Positions 12,005 to 24,859 of a DNA stretch of 64,000 bases are shown here, one piece after another. This DNA comes from Podarcis filfolensis. Taxonomy: Eukaryota. Position 1 is the stretch's first letter. The number at the start of each line of letters is the position of its first letter. The notes under the pieces were generated by a model. The model did no database searches and was not told where the DNA came from. It saw only the letters and a program-made list of their open reading frames with translations. Made by a program: the position numbers and the translations under genes. Where the stretch lies: assembly GCA_964270895.1 (NCBI GenBank), contig OZ185443.1; one strand, 5' to 3'.

Positions 12005-15000
12005 CAACGCAGCTACAAGATGGGAAATCGTACTGAGTTTTGACAGGTGTGTCCAGTAGGTTTTTCACAGGAGTATCTAATAACTTGGAAGGTGACTCTA
12101 AAAAATGATTGAGAGCTGTTCCAGCAGCCGTTCTTTTGGTTGGTGTTTTTTCACTGGAATGAATGGGCTGTTGATCTAAAGAGGCTGCGTGGCTGTTGAA
12201 ATCTGCAGCGGCGGAATTCCTTGACAGAATAGTGATGGGTCCCACAGTTTCAACTTTCACATGTTTCGGTGATTTGATAGTAAGGGACTTGTGATCAAAG
12301 GGCGTTCTGACCTGAAACTGTTTCAGCTGCTGCTCCATGGTTTCAATTATACTCTTTTGTTGCATGTTCTCACAACCAAAGTGCTGAATCTCTTGTTTAA
12401 TTGTTTTTTTCCACGCTTTGTTCTCCAGCTGCCCAGCTGATGGAGGGGTGCAGACATTCAACTTGGAGCCAGCTTCAGCTTTAATAGACTTGTGTCCCAC
12501 ACCGTGACAGGTGTCAGATTTGTTTTGTTGTTCTTGCCTGTTTAAGATGTGACACCTGAGAGCAGCATGCTTCTGAAAATCCCTTTGAGGTTGAGTTGGA
12601 AGATGGCAGCTTCTCTGATCAACTCCTGCATGGGACGCCGATTGCTGACTGTAGGGTACGTACCTTTGCTGAATCTGGGCAGGTTGTGGGCTACACATGT
12701 TGCTGGTCAAATTAGAATATCCCTGTGTTTGCTGGAAGGGTAGTTGTCCAGCTGAAGTTGGTGGAGACTGGGAGGCTTCTTCCTGAAAGCAATGAGGCCC
12801 ATCTTGTTTGGGGGCCATACTATGTGTGTAATATTGCATATGCTGTAAGTCATGAGTTACATTTTCTGCAAAGAGCTCAGTGTTCATAGGGTTTTCTTTT
12901 TTCTCAGAGACTAAGTGCATGTTGTTCAAGTAGGAATGCTTCATAACAGTATTTGCTTTGAAAGCATGATTGTAAAGGGAATCTTTACTGTTCATATCGG
13001 ACACCGGTCCTGGCCTGACCTGGGAGTTTTGCACTGGGAAGTCCGTTGATTTGAAGTAATTGTTTGCAGTTTCAAAACATTCTTCCAATTTAAGCTGATT
13101 GAAAGATGCCCCTTCTAGCTGCTGCTCTTGTCTGCTCTGGGAATGAGGAAAGGTCTGAGGAAGTTCTCTACTCTTCATGTGCAATGATTGCTGCTGGGAG
13201 CCCATGGTTAGCTGTGGACTGTGTGGCAACTGTGTTGGCTGGGTCTGGAGCATCTGTTGCAATATATGTGAACGGAGGAACTGTTCATTTTCCAATGGTG
13301 GAAGATTTAAGTGCTGTGGCTTTATCTGCGACTCCAGGGACTGTTCAGTGCGGTGTTCAGCTTGCGGCTGAAAGTGGAAGTGCTTTGCATTTTGCTGCTG
13401 TTCGTGGGATTTGAGCATAGTATCCATCTTTGTAGGCTGTGGTGAGTGCTTTTGGAATTGCATTTGCTTCTCAGCTGTAAGATGAGGTGGCAGCTGTGTT
13501 GCCTCACCCTTGTACAGTGCTGGTATCTGCTCACATTGTGTGATGTTCTGGAAGCAAGTTTGCCCTGTAACCTCCCTTGATGCATTGGGGCTCCCAGGAT
13601 ATTGTTTTGGATGGGTCTGATCAGCTGAATTTGACTGAAGCTGAAGCATTGTCCTTAAGAGCCCTTCATTTGATTTTTGGGGAGACTCACTGGGGCGAAA
13701 GTGAGGGGAAGATATTCCTGTCCAAGATGTTTGCAAGTGAGGGTGTGACTGATGCATCTGATTTTTCACCAAGTCTTTTTCATTGCTAGTTACGGTCTCC
13801 TGGTTAATTTGGCCCAGGAGATGTTGATAATGTTGTTGCAACTCTTTACTGCTTCCTACTATTTCTGTGTCTTGAACCCGCGGCTCCAGTTTTGACTGCA
13901 GTTCATCAGGATATTGTTGCCTGATGCCTGATGCCATTGCAGAAAGCATCAGATCCCTTGTTTCATTGCCAGTCTGTTGTGAAACCTGAACCTCTTGTTG
14001 AAGACCCTGTTGAGAACTAAGTGCTTGCTGGCAAAGGCCAGGAATTTGTGCTGCAAGCTCCCCCTGCTGCTGCTGCTGCTCTCCATTCTTCTCTTTCTTC
14101 AAATGAGTCTCTTGACTTTGGGTCTCATAATGGTTGTGCACTTCTGAAACACTCATGGAAAGAATGCTGTTTATTTCTGGAAGAGGAGAAGAAGCTGCAA
14201 CAGGAGGTGGGCTGAAATAACTCTTCTTGAACATGGGGTCTTGTTGGAACAAAGCACCATTTTCCTCTGCTGGCTCTGCTGGCCTCTCTGAGCTATTGTT
14301 ATGAGCTTTCATATTGCTGTTGGGATTTAGTGAGAAATCTTGACTGGGTAGTGAGAAATCTTGACTGGGAACCTGCCCCATGTTTCCTGGATCATCAGTA
14401 TTCTCTGTAGGGGACTGGCATGCATTTTCGGATTTTTGCTGCTCCAATTGCAGTTCTGGTTTCTGAAAAGTGTAGCAAGCTGGCAATGTGGATATCTTAC
14501 TGCCGTCTTCTGTGCTGTGGACTTCAGTGGCCACAGAATCTAGCACCTGAGGCAGCTCAGAGTTTGAGGTTTGTGGGGAGTTGATCTGCCCTGAGGTATG
14601 GGATGAATGTGGTGTGCCACAAGTCGATTCATTAGTAGTCTGTGTGTTTATGGCATTTGTAAGAGATGTGGTTTTCTGCATTGCAATGGACACATGATCT
14701 GGATTATACTGAGACAGCGTTTTCTCAAGGAGTTCACCATGCATGTTTTCCATAGAAGAGGCAGAAACTATAGCACCATTAGGCATTGACACTGCCTTGC
14801 TCTTGCAGAGCAAGGCAATGTCCCTGTTGTGGCAATTCATGTTTTCGCTCTCCTGTTCATTCTGAACCTGGGGAGCAGGAGGAGTTTCTGAAGCACCACG
14901 GTTGTTTTTGGAGGACTGTATGAGAACTGAAGCTGCATCTTCTTCCATTCTAAAACCCACCAAGTCCTCCTCACTGCATGAATTGGGAGCATTTGGTTGA

Positions 15001-15395
15001 TCACTGCCATCCAAAGAGGTTTCTTTCCCCCCTTTTGCTTCTTCATCTTGTCTAAGCTTTTTGTTCTGGTGAAGCCCGTACAGAGAAGGCTCACTGAAAG
15101 TGCGTTTTATCCCACCATTTTGCATATACCTGCCACAGTCTCTCTTTTCTTGGAGGAGGTCTGGGCTTATTCTGTTATTTGCATTTCCTCTGACAGCGTG
15201 CTTCATTCCATAGTTGGCCTTGAAATGCAGCCACGTGTGGTCGCCATTGACTTCAACCTGGCCCTTCTCTGCTGGTGGGCTCCCATTCTGTAGCTTCACT
15301 GACAAAGGCTCTCCCTGGCAAACATGAGAAGGATGTGGTATTAGAAATGGGCTCAAACTACTGCCTTCAACATGGCTGGTTCTATCCTGTTCCAT
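12005..15395 (-). CDS. TET2: TET2 first coding exon (equivalent of human exon 3), 1130 codons + 1 nt of the N-terminal region
   Basis: Translation MEQDRTSHVEG..LSPFLIP..KLQNGSP..NGGIKRTFSEPSL..HGELLEKTLSQY..KHAALR..KSIIETMEQ..SPSKLLDTPVKNLLDTPVKTQYDFPSCSCV matches vertebrate TET2. ATG at 15395-15393 (the ORF-track start at 15419 is a GTG). Acceptor ctctttcag| ends at 15441, so the exon starts at 15440. Donor G|GTGAGT at 12004. AMPK-site motif KRTFS*EP (human S99) is retained at 15095-15093. Confidence 0.98.
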
Positions 15396-15595
15396 CTGGC
15401 CTACTCTGGGGCCATCCACAAGGCTGCCCTCCTATTGTATCTGAAAGAGAGAATGGGGGAGGGGGAAAAATCCATGTTTATTTGATGCACGCTACACAAC
15501 CCCACATGGCAATTACGCACTTCATCTAATGCACTTCCCCTTCCTAGATCGAGAGCCTCATGGAAATTGTGACAGTCTAAAAGTGCTGGGATATA

Positions 15596-16007
15596 CTGTA
15601 TTCTTCATGCCATAAGACGCACCCGACCATAAGACGCACCTAGTTTTTAGAGGAGGAAAACAAGAAAAAAAAATATTCTGAACAAAACAGTGGATGCGTG
15701 ATTTTGGTGGTGCAGGCTATGTGATCTGATGGTGAATTTGGGGTGACCCAATGCAAAAACCCTGAAGATCCATGTGGATCCATACTTTGTAACCACGTTT
15801 TTGCGCTACTGAGGCCCACTGAAACAGTGGATGCGTGATTTTTTTGGGTGCAGGCTATAGCCATGGACATGCTATGTGATCTGATGGTGAATTTGGGGTG
15901 ACCCAGTGCAAAAATCCAGGGCCCACGCATTTGCTCCTAAGACGCACAGACATTTCCCATTACTTTTTACGAAGAAAAAGGTGTGTCTTATGGAGCGAAA
16001 AATACGG
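15596..16007. mobile_element. Tc2/pogo-type MITE
   Basis: TA|CTGTATTCTTC..CCATAAGACGCAC ... GTGTCTTATGG..GAAAAATACGG|TA, with an internal ~75-bp imperfect direct repeat. Sits 155 bp upstream of the first-coding-exon acceptor. Confidence 0.75.
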
Positions 16008-17319
16008 TATATTATGTCAAAAAATATACAGCTGTGCATCTTTCTTGGAGAATAGCAACATGTATGGGAAGACTCTAGAAGCGTTCTAAGAATCGCAAGC
16101 TCTCTTTCCAAAAGAGATATATTACAATCCATGCTATAATGGAACTCAGCAGCTCTGAGACTGAACAGATGATGGTTTTTTAAAAAAAACATATACACTC
16201 TCAAAAGCAGTGAACACAGCTGGACAGATGTTCACTCTTTCATCAGGGGAGAAGACAGCGCTAAACAGCTTTGAGCATTCTGAGGTTCCAAGATCAAAGC
16301 TTACAAGAGCACCCACAGAGAATTCAAAGTCCCAAGTATGTCTCTGAATACAAGTTGCTGGGAATCATAGTTGATGTTGAGCTACGCTCAGGTCCTGTGT
16401 GTGGGCTTCCCATAGGCATTGGACTGGCCACTGTGAGAACAGGATGCTGGACTAGTGAACCTTTGGCCTGATCCTGCAGAGCTCTTCTTCTATTTAGAGG
16501 TCTGTGAGCTCCATCTTGGGACAAGCCGAGTTTCAAATCATGTGAAGTTTGTCATTAAAAACACTGCTGCTAGTGAAATGGGATGTGAACGCTTCAGTAT
16601 GATTAATTAACACCTGCTTGAATTATTAAAACAGGATATTTGCATGCAATGATTGTAGCAGCAAAGCCACTCTTTGAAAATGTCACCTATTACACAGACT
16701 GCAGCAGTAGAACAAGATTGCTTGCTCCCTTTTCTGTGTGATGTTTGAATGCCGTGCTCCACTTTCCATGGTTATTTCTGCCTTGTAATGTAAAAAGTAA
16801 AAGAAAACAGAAATTCAAATTTTTGCAGTTATCTAAAATGACCACATGTGAAGAAAAAACCAAAACGTCTTAGAAAGTCCTCTGTATTAGACCTCTGCAT
16901 TTAATAAGTGAGCTGGGGTGAGGCATTCCACACCCCCCAAAAAATCCCATTAATTTTTTTCATTTGTGCCCTTTATCTAATATTGGGCCATAAAGACAAA
17001 CCATAGGTGGAGGTGGAACTGTAAATATCGAAGTATGTCCCTCTGCAAGTGCAAGCTTTCATTCCAACAATTCCCACACAAGTTCAAAATTCTGAATTGC
17101 ATTCATACAGTGCACATCTGTATGGTATGGTAAGCACGGCAATCCAAAATAATCCTAAATAGATCCCCGCTTTACTGTCCTTCATGGGACAGGAAAGCAG
17201 CTGGAGGAAGAGAAGTGGGCAGAGGCCAGAGAAAGAACAGTGAGTGGAGGGATGTTATTTTCGCATCCTTGGGACCCCCTGGGAAACTCACTAGACCTGC
17301 AGGACCCAGGTATGGAAAG

Positions 17320-17613
17320 TGTTATGTGCTGAAGTTCTCACCCTGGGCCAGCAGGGGGATACTGTAGATAGTTATGCAAAATGAAGAATCGAAAGTGACG
17401 TTCAGTGATTGGATAGTCTGTATGCAAATGAAGGATCAAAAGTGACGTTCAGTGATTGGATAGTTTTAGAAAGTTGCAACAGTTACATTGTTCTGGAGCT
17501 CTATATAAGCAGGCTGACTGAGCTCCTCAGTACAGTTCTGTTCCAGCTTGCAAATAAAGAGCTGCTTTGGAAGAATTGCTGTGTCATCTGATATGTTCAC
17601 CCACAACTTAACA
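17320..17613 (+). mobile_element. Solo LTR (294 bp)
   Basis: TGTTA...TAACA termini and a perfect 5-bp TSD GAAAG (17315-17319, 17614-17618). Internal ~46-bp direct repeat, octamer ATGCAAAT (17422), ATTGG twice, TATATAA (17502), AATAAA (17553). Confidence 0.88.
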
Positions 17614-19775
17614 GAAAGTGTAGCTGACTGCTGAATAGGGCACAGCTGTAGGAAGCCCCATCTACCCCAAACACCAAGGCTAGAGTTAGAGACTAGGGGC
17701 GATGTTAACAGTTTCCAGGCACCCTTTGTGAGATTTTTGTGGGTGAACTATGGGTTTGTTTGGGCCCTGGGTGGGTGAGTAGAAACCAGGCGGCTGAGAA
17801 GGAAGGTGTGTCAGAAGGATGTAAAATTGATTTTGGTTCATATTTATTAATAGTTTCATATTTTTATTAATGCAACTGTATTTTTGTAGTATTTAAGTTG
17901 TCTCATGTTTTTGTTGTCTATAAACTACTTATAGTGCATGCATATGCGTGTCTCTCGTGTGTGTGTGTGTGTTTACACACATGTGTGCGTGCACACACCA
18001 CACACAAGTAAATAATAAATAAAATTCAGGGGTTGAGAAGGGGAAGGATTGTGCCAGTTCTATATCAGCATCTGCCCACCATTCATGGTAGAACAACTGA
18101 GAGAGAAATTAGCCAATGTGAAAGTCAATTGGCTTATTCAACTGAGTTTGGGACATGGATATATGTCCTTTAGTAAGGAAGAAATCCCAGCCAACTTGAA
18201 GGTCATCTAGGGATTTCTGTTGGAGTTGGGTCACTACCAATATATTGAGCAGTTGGGTCACTGCTCAATATGTTTATTTTCTTTCCAAAATGGGGAATTA
18301 GCAATCTGCAAATAGCTGGACAAATCCCTTCCCCTTTTGTATGAAGTAAATTGTACCTCTTCCAAAGCAGAGTATTTCCCCAAGTATAATAATTTGTATT
18401 TCCTGTCCCCTTCAGTTACTGAACTCCAGCCAATATACTTATCAGCTTTACTTACACACACACACGACCAGCCATAGTTTATTAGAAATTCATGGCACAT
18501 CAGTAGCATCTGCGAAACAATGATTACATCTAGGACCAATTCTGCAGTCTAATCCATCATAATTATGACTGGCCTCTTTGAAGATGTCACGATGCATGAC
18601 TTAGAACAGCACATTAGCGTGCAAAAGGGATAGTGATCGTATTTGCCCAATATGAATTTTAAATAATTCCACCCACACCAATTGACACTTTGTGGAACAT
18701 GGAAATGTTGGTATATTACTTTTCTCATATGAGGCATAAACTATTGCCAATTTAGACGTATGCTGCTACTGTTGCTTTTTAAAAGATGCCCAACATCTCT
18801 TTGCATGTGCCTTCAAGTGCACCACATTGAGAAAAAATGCCAGACACTACTTTTCAAGGAGGGGGCTGGGACCCCTCAAATTTCTGTGGCGGTTGTGTGC
18901 ACATGCCGTGCGTTGTGCTCACCTCACTCACACACTTGCTAAATCACGGGAGCAAGCTGGCACGCTTGCCCAAGACAGACAGATGCCAACAACCCTGACA
19001 TTTTACTTCTATGCATCTACTGTACCACAATTCTCAGTCCAGCTGCTCATCTAATGAAGTAGGCTGTTGCCTGTCAAAGTGCATAGCATAGTGTGTCATG
19101 AAGTTGCTATGGTGACAGGGGGCCTTTTGGTTTTCCTACTGTTACAGACTAGTGTGTTTATTTGTCTGGAGTTTCTTACACATTATTCGTTTGCTATATT
19201 TATATATTGCCATTCAACAGACGGTTTTACAAGAGGACTGCATAGCAAAATTGGTCCATACCCTAGAACATCTTAACTGTAAGATCCTTCACTACAATTT
19301 CTCTCTCTCTTTTAAAAAACTGGATATTCCTTACACCATATAGGTGCAGTTGGGGAGGTGGTTACCTGAAGGCTTGCAATGGCCACAGGGAGAAAAAGGT
19401 CTCCCTGGAAATATACTGAACTCTCTTCTCCTCAGGAACATTCCAGAAAGGTTGGCGAAACCAAGACAGCATTGAATGGCATAAGCTGCTTGCTCAAAAC
19501 ACACTTGGGAATACATATCGGAGGGAACAGGTGCCTAATCTTTTTATGGAAACATTGTCACAGCAGCATACCAAGCATGGCTTCCACAGATAGAGAAACC
19601 ATTCAAAAGTGTGATCTTAAAACTAAGTCCAGCAACAGATGCACAGAGCTGCATAGAAACTCAACACTGTACTAAAGAAGAAATGAACCAGAATACCATA
19701 GCCAGTTGATGTTCTAGTCTGTCTCCCCTTTCCTTCCAAAAGGCCTGTATCTGCAAATGCATACACTTTCAGTGC

Positions 19776-19818
<43 letters not shown>

Positions 19819-21359
19819 TTTTATTTATACCCCACCCTCCCCAGCCGGGCTCCCCGGGCTCAGGGCGGCTAACACCAGGTATAAAAACAATTGATTAAAA
19901 TATTATACTTTCCATTTTATTAGTCCACTCTCTTTAAGGTCTCATTATATTAAAATGGTATGGGGGGCAGGGAACCCTGTCTACATCTGTACATGGGTAT
20001 CCTATCCTATCTTTAAAGCAGCTATCCTATCTTTAAAAGACATCTGACGGCAGCCCTGTTCAGGGAAGTTTTTAATATTTAATGCTGTACTGTTTTTAAC
20101 ATTTGATTGGGAGCAGCCCAGAGTGGCTGGGGAAACTCAGCTAGATGGGCGGGGTATACATAAGTAATAATAATAATAATTATCCATGTGAATTTTTTGG
20201 TGGGACTGGGTAAAGCACTGAAAAGGATGGAACAGGCTATACTCCTTCACACACACAAATGAGAAGAACAGTACCTGTACATTTTGACTCCTCTCTCACA
20301 TTCAACATATGCTAGAAACTTTTTCTTTAAAGAAATGAAAGCTGGGAATTATTATTCATCCGGGGTGGGAGCATCCCCCCCCCCAGATACGCATTCATCT
20401 GAAAGAAATCAGTCGCCCACATTTCACTGCTGGTTAGTTCTAGTCTTCACCAGCTAAGGCTTGGAACTACAATTCCAAGCAGTCCCACAGGGGCCTTTTG
20501 TACCCCTCTCCCTCACTTTCCTTTTAAAATGTTTTCAAAGCTTTGAGAATGGCACGTTTGACTTTGTTCTGGCAGTTTGCCATCTACTGCCAATTCAGTT
20601 TCAGCTCCTAATCTTCCAAAGTACCTAGAAACCCAATTAGATTCAGTATAATTTTAGATGGCTGAAGGAGTACTGAGTTACTTCCTATATTTTCAGATAT
20701 TAAGGGAGACATACGAAAGGTTAATGAAAAAATGACCCTCTGTCGATTTTTCCACAGAGTTCCCCTTCATAGTCTGCCAAAAGCCAGTCACAAGATGCTA
20801 TTTCACAGATTGGTGATTGTCTCCCCAAAGCATGGATGTAACCATTGGTTCACAAAAGCATCAGTGTGGCTAAAATGGATTATTTCTAAAACAGGAGGGT
20901 TTTCCTGACTTCGGTTTGGGTGCTGAATGAAGCTTTTATGGTCTATCCTGATAGCAGTGCTCCTCCCCACCATTTTTAGTAGGTCACCAAGGAGCTTCAT
21001 AAAGGATGTTAGGATGAATAGAAGCATTAATCTTATACCTTTGCTCAACCATAGGAGTGAGGAAAAGATGTTGCTTCTCTGAAAGCAGTGAAATACTCTC
21101 GATGCTTTGAGACCCTGCAGATAAATGCCTGAATTATAAGGGGTCAGGCCTCTATGGTGATGCATTTATAGAATATTGGTAGATAGGCTATGATTTGGCT
21201 AAAAACTAAGGGGAGTCAGGAGGTAGAGTTCATCAAGGAACTCTGTACCTTTCATATAATCTGAACACTGCTTTGGATACTTCCAGTTTATAGTTCACAG
21301 CTAACAGGCATTTCTAGGAATAGCACTTTTCAAGCATACCATTTACTTAACCTAGGGTA

Positions 21360-21685
21360 AAGGTAAAGGGACCGACTCTGGGGTTGGGGCGCTCATCTCG
21401 CTTTATTGGCCGAGGGAGCCGGCGTACAGCTTCTGGGTCATGTGGCCAGCATGACTAAGCCACTTCTGGAGAACCAGAGCAGCACACAGAAACACCGTTT
21501 ACCTTCCCGCAGGAGCGGTACCTATTTATCTACTTTGTACTTTGACGTGCTTTTGAACTGCTAGGTTGGCAGAAGCTGGGACCGAACAAAGGGAGCTCAG
21601 CCCGTCACGGGGATTCGAACCACCAACCTTCTGATCAGCAAGTCCTAGGCTCTGTGGTTTAACCCACAGCGCCACCCGCGTCCCT
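21360..21685 (-). mobile_element. Sauria SINE
   Basis: Minus strand has a tRNA-like head (TGGCGCTGTGG A box, GGTTCGAATCC-type B box) and an (ACCTTT)n tail. TSD TAACCTAGGGTA (21348-21359, 21687-21698). Confidence 0.88.
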
Positions 21686-22869
21686 CTAACCTAGGGTAGG
21701 GTTAGCCAAATAAGTCTACCTTGGTTTCTCATTTTTCCAATCCTGTTTTCAGTGCATCCCATTTCCACATACATCTACAATTCTTTTTCTAAAGTCTACA
21801 TGAATATTTGAATGCACTTTCATGCAATCTCTTCCAATAGACACATTTTTGTGTGCAGTGTTGCCTAGTATATGCATTTGTGCAGGCAAGTTACCCATAA
21901 CAGAACGTATTTTAGCATGCACTTTACGCTAACATACACATTTTTGAGTGCATTCTTTGGCTGGGGAAAAAACCCTGTATTGCAAAATTCAGAGAAACGT
22001 GAATATGTCTCCTAATATCAAAAGCAAACAAATGGCTGCTTCACCCCTACTCTGGAGTACTTGTATGAAAATCAATGAAATGCTACCATAAATTGTGGTG
22101 GTAGCTATGGCCTAAGAATGTACTAGTGTGGGATTTCATGAGTCTGATGAAGCCGAGGAAATATGTCAAGATTAAGAAATCTTGGTCAAGTTCCACAGGT
22201 GTATGTTCAGTTTGAAATCTTTTAAGGCTGCAGCCCTGAAAGAAATGTAGCAGCAGCTGTTACAAAATAAATAAATAAATAAATGGATGACTCCCAAGCT
22301 GCATTTGGTAGTGAAGAGCCTTTGGAAAAATGAACAGCTGTGGATGGAAAAACATGAGCTAGCCACAGAGACTAATTATTAATTAAATCTAAAAAGCCAC
22401 TCCTTTAAATTGAAATGCATTGCTTTCAAAAGCATGTAGGGATTTGAAGCTCGGTTTCCTAAGGCCCAACTCATTACAGCAGTGTTCACAAGTAATCTTT
22501 TTTTCCTTCTTTTTTTTTTAGGTGGGGAGGAAGAGAAAAGAAACACCATTCGTGCACATTATAAAGCAGACTTACAAAGTGAATGGTATTTTTTTTTAAA
22601 AAAAGGTTACTAAAACACCTTGTAGTGCCTCCTGTGACCTTCCACCAATTGGCCCCTGCACCCCAATATTTTCCATTATTTCCTTCTTAATGTCTGGTTT
22701 CCCTATCAAAGGGAATTTTCATGCTCCCATTTTGTGCGTTGGTCTAACTGGCACCCCTCAATTCCCCTATGAGGCAGCTCCCTATGAAGAAACACTGGGG
22801 CCTTCCTTAGTTTGGGAAATGGTCAATAATGGAGAAGATGATAGAGGTGTATGTTATGTATCTCATAAT

Positions 22870-23745
22870 ACTATACCCGAGTGTCATCCTGTGGAAGGTT
22901 CAGAAAAGGCAAAATATTTCTCTACAGTGTATAGTAAAACGATGGAATTTGTTCCCACAGGATGTAGTGATGGGCACCAGCTTGGATGGGTTTAAAAGAA
23001 GATTAGACCATTTCATGAAGGATAAAGCTATCAGCAGCAACTAGCCACAATAGCTATGCTTTGTCTCTACCGCTGGAGGAAGTATGTCTCTGAATATACC
23101 GTATTTTTCGCTCTATAGGACGCACCCAACCATAGGACACACCTTGTTTTAGAGGGGGAGAACAAGGGAAAAAAATTCTCCCCCTCTCTGCTCAGCGCCC
23201 CTTCAGCAAAGCGGCAGGAGAAATGGAGCCCCTTCCATTGCACTCCAGAGGCTTCCTATCCCTGAAGCCTTCAGCAAAAGGAACCCGGCGGCTATCCCTG
23301 AAGCCTTCAGAGCGCAGCGCGGGTACCCGCTGTGCTCCACAGGCTTCGGGTTCCTTTTGCTGAAGCTGGGAGAGCAAGACTCTCCTGGCTTCAGCGAAAG
23401 GAACCTGAAGCCTCCGGAGCGCAGCTATCCCTGAAGCCTGGAGAGCGAGAGGGGTCGGTGCGCAGAGGGAGCACTCCCTCTGTGCTTTGGAGGCTTTGCG
23501 TTGCTATCGCTGAAGCCAAGGAGCCTGCATTCGCTCCATAGGACGCACACACATTTCCCCTTAATTTTTGGAGGGGAAAATGTGCGTCCTATAGAGCAAA
23601 AAATATGGTAAGTGGCTGGGAATCACAAGTGGAGAGAACTGTTACACCCATATCCTGGTTGTGGACTTTTCGTTGGCATTTGGTTGGCCACTGTGAGAAC
23701 AGGATGCTGGTACTTTGGACTGATCCAGCAGGGCTCTTAATATTT
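22870..23745 (+). mobile_element. Older CR1 3' fragment interrupted by a MITE
   Basis: Degenerate CR1 3' sequence (gtagtgatgggcaccagcttggatgggtttaaaagaagattagac..ggccactgtgagaacaggatgctgg), split at a TA by the 23099-23608 element. Confidence 0.65.
23099..23608. mobile_element. Tc2/pogo-type MITE (related to 15596)
   Basis: TA|CCGTATTTTTCGCTCTATAGGACGCAC ... GTGCGTCCTATAGAGCAAAAAATATGG|TA; GC-rich interior with repeated ccctgaagcc units. Confidence 0.8.
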
Positions 23746-24416
23746 TGTTACAGAAGCATCTAAGAACCCTTCCCCTGCCACATTGCAAAATGCTCAGAGA
23801 TTCATTGCTTTGTGTTGTTCAACTCAATTATTAAGTTCTCCCAATTTACTTTAAACTGCCCACTGCATGAAGATGTATGTACCTTCAAAACAGCGGTGTT
23901 CTTATGATAAGAAACACCCACAGAGGCTATCTCCACTTCTAAATTAATGCTTTAACGTGCAGTAATTCAACCATGCCGCAGGCATCGGAAGTTGCGGAAG
24001 GAGCAGGTATTTGGACAAAACATTAAATGTGACTGATCACATCCAGGCTGCATTAGGAAAGCGCAAAGTAGAAGTAAACACATCATAATGATAAAGGGCT
24101 TCAGTTATAATCAATCTATTGGAATTACGGGCAAAAAGAGAGAGATGTATCTATCCCTGGAATACGACCAACTCTTTTCTTCTAGAGGTGTTAAGCAGAG
24201 GTTGCTGTGAGCAGTGGTACAGACATGCTGAGCAGGTTTGTATCATAAGGATGGCACTCTGATTTTAACTCTGGCCCTAGTTTTTAACGTTCTACATTAT
24301 GCTGCAGATGAACTCAGCAATAAAACAAACACTGGTGGAGACTCATGACTGAGACTACCTGGTGACAGTGAAGGCCGCATAGAAGGCACACTATGCTGCC
24401 TCCATTGTCTGGTCCA

Positions 24417-24790
24417 GGGCATGTTTAGCCTGGAGAAGAGGAGGTTAAGGGGTGATATGATAGCCATGTTCAAATATATAAAAGGATGTCACATAGAGGA
24501 GGGAGAAAGGTTGTTTTCTGCTGCTCCAGAGAAGCGGACACGGAGCAATGGTTCCAAACTACAAGAAAGAAGATTCCACCTAAACATTAGGAAGAACTTC
24601 CTGACTGTAAGAGCTGTTCGATAGTGGAATTTGCTGCCAAGGAGTGTGGTGGAGTCTCCTTCTTTGGAGGTCTTTAAGCAGAGGCTTGACAACCATATGT
24701 CAGGAGTGCTCTGATGGTGTTTCCTGCTTGGCAGGGGGTTGGACTCGATGGCCCTTGTGGTCTCTTCCAACTCTATGATTCTATGATTCT
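24417..24790 (+). mobile_element. CR1 LINE 3' end, nearly identical to 53737-54119
   Basis: [22 protein letters not shown]..; (ATTCTATG)n tail; only a handful of differences from the 53.7-54.1 kb copy. Confidence 0.95.
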
Positions 24791-24859
24791 AGGTGGTAGA
24801 ACCAACAGTAGCTCACTGTGACTTGTTTGCAAAGCACTCCCTCTGAAGGTGCAGGTACA

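Noticed and set aside
11940-15419. 1159-aa ORF as a stand-alone single-exon gene
   Set aside because: It is the giant TET2 exon. The listed start is a GTG in the leader, and the last 21 residues are intron read-through past the 12004 donor.
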